From: Tubiluchus corallicola
Taxonomy: Eukaryota; Animalia; Priapulida
Direction of reading: 5' to 3'
Length of the DNA stretch: 64,000 nucleotides
NCBI GenBank assembly: GCA_030141605.1
Contig: JAQGDQ010000103.1
Location: 558,641 to 622,640, forward strand
A model generated the notes under the pieces. The model ran no database searches, was not told the DNA's origin, and was given only the letters and a program-made list of their open reading frames with translations. The position numbers were made by a program, and so were the translations under genes. Within the stretch, counting starts at the first letter, position 1; each line of letters opens with the position of its first letter. Below, one piece after another: positions 36,415-56,866 of the stretch.

Positions 36415-36560
36415 GGAGTAAACCCCTACCGGGCGCATCCCCTGGGTGGCGGATGGGGGACCCCTGGCTCACGAGCCAGGGTGCTCCGAATATTCAAATA
36501 AGGAGCTGTGGACCAAATCCTGCAGGATAGACCTAGCAAGTCACTGAAGTATTTTTTGCT
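36415..36560 (+). mobile_element. RTE-like retrotransposon 5' UTR remnant
   Basis: GC-rich island gcgcatcccctgggtggcggatgggggacccctggc...ccgaatattcaaataaggagctgtggac, resembling from memory RTE-clade 5' UTRs; two strong hairpins. Confidence 0.45.
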
Positions 36561-37217
36561 CAAGTAACTCATGGCGAACACAACTGGTTATCAAGTGTTC
36601 GCCGGCTGACAGATGAAAATCTACCAGGAGGATGGTGAGAAAGAAAGAAATAGATGAATAAATAAATAATGGGTTTTATTAAAAAATTACACCATAGCAG
36701 CATGCATAGAATGCATGACGTGAATGAATGCAATAAGAACGGAGAAGGCAAAAAACAAGATTAAGAAATAAGACATAAAATTATGAGAAACATTGCTTAC
36801 AAAAAGTGAAAGAAAAGACATCACGAAGGGACTAAAGCAGTTTCAAAGCAACTGTGACAATAAATCTTTTTTACTATATATAGTCGAAAACAGTTCGGCA
36901 TTACTATTTATAGTTCTAATGTCAAAAGGCATTGCTGAACTTTTATAACGGACGTTCTGTTTGAATTTTAGGCTTGACTAATTTGTTAGAATTGCGTGTA
37001 GGACGATCGCTCACTGTAAGATCAGGAAGCAAATGCCGATGGTATCATAGTTAATCTATGTTATATAATTACAATATCAGGGCGTGCAACAACGTTATAA
37101 TAACATAAATAACGGAGAGCTTGTAACAATGAAAAACTAACGAAATTGTTTTTTTGGGGTAGTAATTCTTTATTAAAAGCCATTCTCAAGAACACATACA
37201 ACTCATTTACAACTCAG

Positions 37218-47100
<9,883 letters not shown>

Positions 47101-47700
47101 TGTGAGCAACCGAATTCCTGTCTTCTAAAATAAAACAGTGTCCTGTTGCTGCCTGTTGGTTCTTATGTGTAAGACTAGTCTGGGGTTATTTTCAGGTTAT
47201 ATGACAAAGTACACTAAGTGGCTGTGATGTTTGTTTAATAAAGATAAAGACTTGTTTCAGTGCTGCCATGGCAAAGCATAGTCTAAATTAGAAACCTCAC
47301 CTAATTTGTAACGCAACAGCTTACTGATAATGGTGTCTTAACTTGCCAAATAATAATTTTAAGTCAACGTGAGTGTTAATCGCTAAAAAGCTGTGTATAA
47401 ATGTTAAGTTCAATTCAGTATAATTAAGTACCAATTAAGGTGTCACTTAACTTTAAATAGAGCATAACGCACAACGATAATAGAAATCAAGTTCCAATTG
47501 CAAATTCAAGAGCTCATCTAATTTTATTGAAGCTAATACACCAGCATTGCCCAGCAAACAAGCTACTTTTATAAAAACCAATCAACCATGGCTTTAAAGC
47601 GAATTTCATAACCATTGTTGATAAACAATAATTATCATGTAATTATGTTATAGGACCACAAACAACTAATTATTATAATATATGACAGCAATCGTGAGTT

Positions 47701-47799
47701 CTATATATGCACACACACACACACACACACACGCACGCACGCACGCACGCACGCACGCGCGCCTATATATATATGTGTGTGTGTGTGTGTGCATATAGA
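47701..47799. repeat. Inverted microsatellite (CA)n-(CGCA)n-(TA)n-(TG)n
   Basis: ctatatatgcacacac... is complementary to ...gtgtgtgcatatag. Confidence 0.85.
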
Positions 47800-48739
47800 C
47801 TAAACTAAACTAGACAAGAGTAATTTTTTGAGCTTACTTTTTCAATTTGGGCTTTTAATTTTTAAATAATTAAACTTGTCGTAGTTGCCATTGTACTTAC
47901 ATTGATTTCCTACTGATCAGTATCTGAATAAATGTATGAGTGGAAGTTATTGTCAAGCTGAAATGTTCAACTTTTTTCTCGACAGTAAACCGTCAATAGT
48001 CATTTATAAGAAATACATGTAGCATCCATAGATTCCTGATTCATAGAAAGCCAAGGAAAATTATTGAAGGAACACTGTTTTCGAGATTTAAGCACGTTAT
48101 GACAGCACGTGCAGCAGAACCACAACAGTGCAAAAAATTTATGGACATTGGGCCTCTTTGACTTTAAGATCCTAGATCATTTGTTGAAGCCTGTCTACCA
48201 TATAGCTAAATCTGTGGTGAACAATCAAAAATGAGCAAATTTGTTTAAAGTGACAACATTGCAAACATTTCTGCACCTGCAAGTCTGATGTTTTATCTGT
48301 TTCTAAATGAAAAAACACATTGCGTCGGCTACACTATTTTTATTATTAATTCCACAATCTTAGGATAAACGTAAATCACCTAATAAATTTAAACAATTTA
48401 TATACTGGGTCAGATTCTTTTCAAAAAGAAGATAATTCGGTCAAAATTTTAAGCAACCCAAATTTCAAAATGTTCTTATCAATGCATAACAGAAGTCGAT
48501 GCACACATTATTCCTCATCCTCACAACTCTTGCGAGAATACCTGTAATGCGCACGAGCATCGCTGGGTCGAACTGGAATTACCTACAACAGAAAACACCA
48601 AAGACGAATCAGATACGTAATACTTTTTTTGAATGATCATTTACTGACAGACGCAATTAAAAGCGTAACAACACTCGCTCCCCTGTAACTTGTACAGCCT
48701 ACTGTCCTTTGCCTTTGTTCACCATGCTAGGAGCATTGG

Positions 48740-49205
48740 AGCGAAGAACAAATTTAAATCGCTGGTGAGGTCGTTGTTACTGTACGGAGATGAGACGTGG
48801 AAAATGTCGAAGACGATGAGATCGGAAAAGAAACTCGACGCATTCCAGTTCAAGTGTTTCAGAAAGATACTAAGGATTAGATGGCAGGAGCGGGTAACCA
48901 GCAGGAGGTGGCAAACAGGTCACAAATGAATGCTGTCAGTGGTGAACTTAGGAGGAGGAGATGGAATTGGATCGGGCGTGTCCTTGTAAGGAAGGAGTGA
49001 ATGGCTATGGCACAGCGATGGAATAGACACCGGAAGGAAAAAGAGCGAGTGGAGACAGAGAACAACATGGAGAAGGACAGTGGAAGCAGAGAGGAGTTAC
49101 ACAGGATGGAGAAGCTGGAGCGGGATGCAGCAGAGGACAGAAGGGTTTGGAGTGGCACGATCTTATGCGTCTTCTGGCTCGGTGAGAACTAAGTGTTAAG
49201 TAAGT
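48740..49205 (+). mobile_element. RTE-clade LINE 3' fragment, frameshifted
   Basis: LLYGDETW...LDAFQFKCFRKILRIRWQERV, RRRRWNWIGRVL, AAEDRRVW; short TAAG-type tail. Confidence 0.8.
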
Positions 49206-50186
49206 GTGGAACAACGGATCACTGCGTAGTCTTTTGTGCTTATATATCTCCTGAACGACATAAATTACAGTATTGTTAAAATTATGTGACCACAGTTGCT
49301 ATACAACGGCAGTTTAATACAAAATAATTTCAACTGGGACTTATAATTATACATTTACACTGCACAAAGAAAATGACTAAGCAATTCGGTATAATTTTCA
49401 AAGAACAGAAAATAAAAATACACAGTATTTACAAAATATTTATAAAAGCAATAATACACAGAAATTTTTACACAATAATAAAAGGAAACATACAAGTATT
49501 TACTTAATAATAGTTATTTAGATCAAAGTTATTATATATCACCCAGCTATCTTTCTTTTCCTAAGACAGCCATAGAAATATTTCTTCGAGGGAGATCACT
49601 AAATTTGAGATATCAGTTTCCACACCTTTCATCAAAAAATTTAAATCTTTAAATTTTTCATAATTTATAAAGATTGTAAAATCTGGAAAGAAATGTTTTA
49701 AACTCCTTCAAAATACTGGACTGAACTCGACTCAGGGGATCAAACTCCAAGATGGCATTGCGGTCTTGATATTGCGCATCAGGAAGATCCATTTTTGTAT
49801 CGTTGTGTAATTGATTGCTTAACTGCAAATGTTACTTTTATTTATAAATGTTATGCTTATTAATTAAGCTAATGTCTCCGAACTAATAGCATATACCTGT
49901 TACAGCATGTCATTTAACTCACACAAAATAAAACACAAAAATTACTCTTATTAACAGCACTTATAAAAATAATAAAAAATAACAAAAAATAACTAACTAA
50001 GTAACAGCACTACGCTCGAGGAGCACGTCTGTCAGAAATCAAGGCTATAGTGGCCTCTACACGCGTTTATGGTGGCATTCCAGGTCAGCTGGCTACTCAC
50101 ACCGCGTGTAGGCCCATACAACAAGTCTAGATCTACAAGAAAGGGGTGAGTCGTTGCTGACATGGAAGCAGGGCGTGTAGAGGGCC

Positions 50187-53100
50187 CTACACCTGATCCG
50201 ACACAGATACCTCTGTAACAATACTTTTGTCGGCGGAGATTGATGTTGACAACTTCTCACCTCTCACTGCAGCAATTATGCCTAGTTTTATGCTACTATG
50301 AAAGTGAACCTACAGAAAGATTCCAAGCTTAATTTATCTTATTCATCAATTTAAGACACAAATTGCTACACACTAACTGTCAAATAACTTCAAAGTAAGA
50401 CATACTTCTCCACGAAGGTGGCCTCCAGCATTAGACCATTTGAAAATGTCTCCATCATTGTGATTACACGTTCTGCAATGTTTCATAACTTCCTCTGGTG
50501 TGAAGGCACGTGAGTACATGTTGGCATCAGTTCCGCATCCTCGAAAATTTTCATTTTTGGTACCGTCAAATACACCACCAATGGAGCCAAATATTTCGTC
50601 ATTTTGGACAGCTGATAAGTTAAGTGACCTTTGTCCAGCTATCGAACTTGTAATGTTAAACCCACCATACTAGAAGATAAATTGTAGCGTGATAGGGGCA
50701 TTAACTTTAACAGCAATAATGTTAAAACAAAAAATAGTTTAATCACAGCAACTATGACATCTTACTTATTTAGGTTGAATGCAAGAAACTCGGGTTGTCA
50801 AGAACTTCTTCGATCTTCGAGGAAAGAAGAAAGCAGTACTACTGCAGCAAAAATCTGCATGCATGTAAAGATTGCTAACATAGTCATTTATGAATATCAG
50901 GAACAGACCCGGTCCCAAGACCACGCCATCGGGGACTCCACTCGCTACCCTAGCCCAGGCAGATGATGTGCCATTCAGAGCTACTCGCTGCCGTTTGTTA
51001 AGAAACAGTCACTGAAGCGTGTTAATATCAATACCAGATGAGACAGCTTATAGATTAACTTAATATGAGAGTCCGAGTCCTATTGCTGTGGCATAGTCAA
51101 GATACGTAAGTAAAAACGAATTCGAACACATATTGCAAACTGTAAAAGTTGTATTACAGTTAAGCGCCTAGGGAGAAAACTGTGATAATTAGGTGATATG
51201 ATATGATTGGTCAAAGGATAATGCTGCCTCGGAATCCGCTCAAAAAATGTTACAGACGAACGCAGTATTTTCAGTGAGGACTTCAAATCTTTGCATGTAT
51301 ATGTCGGGTTAATGTGTGTTCCGGCGATTCCGGGACAATGATCCCCAAGTCATAATATTTTTGAAAGACAATGGTTAATGGAGTAATGACTCGGCAAGGT
51401 CCCGTGCTCATTGCTGCAAAAATTAGGATGATAGTCGTCTGAACCAGGCAATTCTTAATCATGTTTACATGATATTAACATTATGTAAACATAACGGAGG
51501 AGCAGTTGTCTCAGAAATTTATAACTAAACATACAGTGATTAAATGACCTTTGTGTATTATTGAATTGTGGATACGCAACACCATTCTCCAATTTTTAAA
51601 CTGTAAAATTATTATTGTTTTAACTTTTTCAACTGGTAATGTATGTTAAGACTGCACAAAAAATGTGAAATTTGCGTTACCGTATATTATGCACCGCCAT
51701 CGTATATTTTGCTAGGCAAAGACATTACACGACAACGACATTGTCACTGTCTATTGACAACTAAAGTACTGACTATAAAGTATAAACTGTATTTACCTCA
51801 TAACAATAGTCAATATAAGTTTTAGATAGTCCAGTTGACGCACTGTAAGTAGTGCAGCCATGATGCCAGCGTCCATCACACAAGCCTTCTTCTTTATCAA
51901 TATCAGATGGCAAACTAGAGACAAGTAGAATTATAAATTCTGTGAAACTCAACTGCAACAATTTTTTTTATTTTGATCAAATGTCTGTAGCCATATACAT
52001 CATAAATAAATACCCGTTAATGCTGTCAAGAATTAATTTTCCACATGGTACATAAGCTTGTACACCAGGAAGGGCTGAGAAATAAAAACTAGTCATGGCG
52101 TCATCCAATAAACCATCTACTCCAGGTTTTGCTGTAGACTTAAAACACCTGCATAAAAGAAAAATTACTGTGCTCAGTAAATCCAATGGGCTTAGATTAA
52201 AAAGTGACTTACAACACGTATTTGTTAAACACAAAAATGTTGTTGGCTACTTGTGAACAAGTCTTAGACGCTTGAGCAAGGATAGGATCATTAATTGTTA
52301 TAAGTTTGTAGGCGTAATCAACCAAATTGACCCACAACGGGCTATAGAGATAATAATATGACCGAAGAGTTGTGGATTTGTTTCGAGTCTACTCTAAAAA
52401 CCTTATGACATTTTAAAGCGTTAGGGTTCGAATGCCTCAGCTTAGAGAAACAATTCGCTTGAGATGAACGTTCTTGTCTTTGGGAACAAGGCAATAGATT
52501 GGTCACTAGTTACACTCGACTTTTCCACAATGACGCAAATGCGAAACAAGATGAAACCAAGCCTGGGCACAGCGCGTTTACAAAAGCCAAGCATCAGCCA
52601 TTTGGTCATGGTTTACAATAGTATCAAACTACAAAATCTATAAAGACATTACCGCCCTTAGCCTGGTAGTTCAGTCCAGCCCATCTCTATTGTCGATTTA
52701 TGTTATTTATATATATGAAGCGCAACAAACAATTACTTGTGTTGTATTGGTAATACTATTACCTATTTGCATAGCGCTTATATCTAAACAAGCGTCGCAA
52801 CTTCGTATGGCGCAGCTCCTTTAATTAGGTAATTGTGCTTGTTTGTTATATACATTCTTCAGTCAGAAACTGATAGGAAAATCTCGGCACAGCAGGAGTA
52901 ATTTTTAATCTGTATTCTGTAGGGTAAATTTTTGTAATGTATGTTAGCAAAAATAGTATTGTCAATGGTAATCGCATGCAGGAACACGACGTCACTATAA
53001 GAACTTGAAATATAAATGGTGTATTTTATAGAATAGGGAATGACACTGTTTCAAAATTTGGTTATGAGAAACGGTCATAAGCAACGCAAAAGAACTGAAA

Positions 53101-54363
53101 TCACGAGGCGCTGAATTCAGACGCAAAAAGATATTCATCCTTAGAAGAGAGTGTAAGCGTTTGTTTGATGCTGAGGAAGCAGAGAAAGCTAATCCAGATA
53201 ACGCGGGGTGTGACATAGTCTTTGATAAGCGAGCCAGAAAGCTTATGAGAAACTGGATCGTCATTGATACATGGAACCTTCTTTTTCCAGTAAAGCGGCA
53301 TAACATATTAAAGATTATGTCGTGGAAAGTAAATGGAGTCAGAAACAAACTCGAAAATGAGCATTTAAGTTTACTCTCGTGTAAAGCGCATATTATTTTT
53401 CTTAATGAAACAAAAACTGTTTTACTTTTCACTATACCAGACTATGTGACTTATCAAAACTTGAATGAAGATAATAATGAATTTATTTAGCAATAATGGA
53501 TAAAATATCTATTGTCATCTTTAATTACGCTTCTCATTTTTGTTTTCTTTCTCTCCTGGCTACCTTACTGAAGGCTTGGGTGTAATAAATTAAAACACAT
53601 TAGTTTATCTGTGAGATTGCGTCATTAAGATGACATCTCCCTATGCTGAGCGGACACATTTAGTTGCTAGGACACACTTTAGTTAGCTGAAAGTCACACT
53701 GCCAAAAATTGAAACTACATATCAGCGCAGGAAAGGCAATTAACTTTAATTAAGTTTAAATGTAACATAAAACCTCACTTGTATCAAAACAGGATAGACA
53801 ATAACATCACTAGATAAAGTAATACAGTCTCCTCTTTTTAGTTATAGAGGACAATACCATCTCTTCAACACCCTTTACTAGGTTTTCAATGGTAGAATTA
53901 TATTTTGTGAATCTTAAGTTGCACATCGACAAGATGTATGCCGCAGAATTTTTTAAATGGCTCTACACATTATTCAGCTGTAAGAGTTGAATGCTGTAAC
54001 TGCACTGCAAATGTTGAATGCTGCTCAGAATCTATATCTAGTTCCTATTTTAGTGTCTGAAATAACACACTCATTTTAAGAGCTTGCAATTTATCAAACT
54101 ATGTAAAAAGCGCACAAGTTTCAGAACGACATGTCAAATCTGATGATTCATACCCGCATACAGTGAACTTATCAAATACTTTGCGTTTTCCGGCTTTCAA
54201 GATGGAGCCTGTAAGTTCAGCATAAGTATTATTTCTGCCGCTCATGCAAAGGTCATAGTTTGATTTTCCTAAAAGAAAATGTGAATAAACAATAAAAACA
54301 GGAAACAGGCTAACTAAACATGTGCTTACGGCACCAAGCTGGCAAAACCTCGGTTGAAAACAT
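50187..54363 (-). CDS. Divergent pentraxin (PTX/LamG-like) domain protein; core exons 54208-54154, 52148-52014, 51914-51797, 50669-50406; tentative 54363-54330 and 50309-50187
   Basis: In-phase join gives FTVCGCFKS ... INGLPSD..LCDGRWHHGCTTYSASTG..YID ... ENFRGCGTDANMYSRAFTPEEV...C...GDIFKW...GEV, which follows the pentraxin pattern. First and last exons uncertain. Confidence 0.75.
50406..50669 (-). CDS. Pentraxin-domain exon (C-terminal half)
   Basis: ttatcttctag / gtatgt; 264 nt open; not in the ORF track. Confidence 0.8.
51797..51914 (-). CDS. Pentraxin-domain exon with DGRWHHGCTTY signature
   Basis: Variant of HxCxS/TWxS; gtctctag / gtaaat. Confidence 0.82.
52014..52148 (-). CDS. Pentraxin-domain exon
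   Basis: ttttatgcag / gtattt; phase 2-2. Confidence 0.7.
52980..53490 (+). mobile_element. LINE fragment: ORF1 end and start of APE endonuclease
   Basis: LKIMSWKVNGVRNK...HIIFLNETK matches the APE N-terminal SWNVNG / LxETK motifs. Confidence 0.7.
54154..54208 (-). CDS. Pentraxin-domain exon (FDKFTVC)
   Basis: cttacag / gtatga; phase 1-2; supplies the first conserved Cys. Confidence 0.7.
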
Positions 54364-54685
54364 ACTTTGAATACATTATTTTAAATACCATAAAAGCCAA
54401 AGTTCAAAATATAAGGTAGAGGGCTACAGAAGAATGAGACTCCTTAGGTTTCATATCATTTCATGGCACCATAATATGGGCTTCACCTTTTATGACCATG
54501 TTTCACCCATTGCCATGATAAGCTGGCAATACTATAATTTGAGCATGGGGGGGGGAAGTTGACAGTGTTTAAAAAGGGTACATAAACGTAATGAAATATT
54601 AATTTAGCTTACGAAGTATAGTAATATGATTTAAGACACTTTGTGAATTTATATCTGTGAGTTTGAGGGAGTGTTGTTAAGATAT

Positions 54686-55070
54686 TGGACTGCTCTCCAC
54701 TTTTAGTGGAGGCAGAACGGATGGCACCGCGGCCTACACTGTGCGGCATGACTCCAAGACAAAAACGAAAATGAATAAAATAAAAATGACGATTTATTAT
54801 CAGAAAAAGAAAAGTTTCGAATGGCTTACCGAATGGAGACGTGCGAACAGAGCTGGGATGAGATGAAGCAACCACTGACCACTGACAAGGATCTACAGCA
54901 GACCTACCCTTTTTATAAGCTCAGGTGTGCACGTGACTAGTGGCTCCCACTAACACAAGGTCAGAATAAGCGTCTATGTGCTAGTTAAAGCCACGTTCAC
55001 ACGCACACCTGAGAAGTCTGCTGTATTCTCCTGCCAGTATTACACTATCTCATCACAGCCCTGCAGTACA
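54686..55070 (-). repeat. 3' LTR (385 bp)
   Basis: Minus strand TGTACTGC...GCAGTCCA; direct repeat of 63597-64000; AATAAA at 54798-54793. Confidence 0.95.
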
Positions 55071-55086
55071 CTGTCCCCCTTCCTCC
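55071..55086 (-). other. Polypurine tract
   Basis: GGAGGAAGGGGGACAG immediately before the 3' LTR. Confidence 0.85.
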
Positions 55087-56866
55087 AGACAAAGAAGTCC
55101 CTTCTTTGAAGATCTAGTCTTCCATCGGGAGGGAGAAGAACAGCCACCCACACAGACCAGAAAGCAAGTTTGAGCACTGCTAATCAACAATACAAAAAGT
55201 GTTTCCTTTCATTAATCAAATAGAATCACAGAAATATTTTGCAAAGACTGGCAATTCTACAAAACAACATGAGCTAGTGCATAACGCCTAAAGAATTACA
55301 AATTAAAAGATGAAAACAATGTCAGATTTCTTGTATGAATAAATTAAAGTTAAACATTACATTTCTAGTAACAACAATTTTTATATAACGGCGAGTCGAC
55401 TTAAAAAAACTTCCAACTAAATATGCCTAAGTATGTCTACGTAAGAATGCAAAAATGAACGAAATAAATGTAATCAGATATCATCCGCTATCCGTAAATA
55501 AACGTAACGTAGCGTAAATAATCCGCACGATCTGCAATTCTTAATGATTCACCAGTACCAATTATGTCTCAATAAGCAAATGCAAGTAAGGTGTGAAGTG
55601 TGGACTAGCCCTTAGTCAAGCAACAACGCATCCGATACCACGGGTGTAACACCTGGGTTGGTAGAGCTTGCCTGGAAAAGATTAACGCTAGTACTCATGT
55701 CAAGCATACAGTTAGTTCAAGTGAATTTCCGCTGTAGACCTAGCATAAGATTTATTGAGCTTAAGTATTGGCTCCTATGGCGAAAAACGTCGACTCTCCA
55801 TAAATTTCCAAAATAGCTGTGCTGTACAACAGAAAAAAGGTAGTAAATCTGCTTACACCAACTATATTCATAGCGGGAAACAAAAACAAAAAGTTATATG
55901 CCACTTTATCTTTAAATAAATCGACATCTTTGATAAGCAATAACAATGCTGACAACTTAACTTCTAAAAAAAAATTTAACACCTTACCGTGTTCGATTAA
56001 CTTACGCAACCGAGGGCTGGTCAGTGGTCAAAGTCGCTCTGTTCACATGGTAGCCAACGGACAAGGCTTTGTCGCGAAGCTAGAAATAGGACCTCGAAGA
56101 ACGAAAGCAACAACAACAAAACGTCAATTATCGAAAAAGACTAATTAGAAATAGTCATCAACAGGAATCGGTTGACTTAAAACAACGAAATCGAGAATTT
56201 CGATCACGACTATCTACTCGTACAACTTAGATGAAACACTCTAAACAAACAGTAATTGTTTAGCAAAAATAAAATGTTTGTTCTGCCATTTATCTCTCGA
56301 GATTAATGCTAGAACAAATGACAATTTGCAATAACTATTTACAGAACAAATATTTTTTTAAATTCCATTCAAGAAAAAAAAATTCAAAATTTAATTAAAG
56401 AATACACAGTTGATTTCCAATACGGCCTCTTGAAAACATAGAACAAAAACTAATATATTCGCCTCTCCTCCTCTCCTTAAAGAAGAGTGAAAATTCCATT
56501 TTTCACAAAATACGACAAAAATAATAATGACATGAGGTAATCAATATACAGCCAACGAAATGTGTTCAATTCTTGGTTCCTCAGCTGCGAAAAAAAATTA
56601 AAATTTTAACATTTTTAAACATGCTCATTAAGTAAGTTTTATAATTCAGTTAAACAAGCATCTAGTCACGTATTTTCGAATTTGACATGTGTAAGTAGTT
56701 ACAACTCCATTCTTAAGTGTTAATTCGGATGTGTCACATAGAATAGTTGCTGGAATTACGAAAATGTTTCGCGTAAGTAATTCTATGAGTGCATCTAAAC
56801 TCGAGCATTTTCCTGCTTGTAAAGTGAGAGATGGGAGGGTTAAGATGAGAGAACTCTTCTAGCATC

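Noticed and set aside
55761-56148. Possible env or accessory ORFs in the Gypsy 3' region
   Set aside because: Short (82 and 109 aa), no ATG start, and no signal peptide, furin site or fusion-protein pattern.
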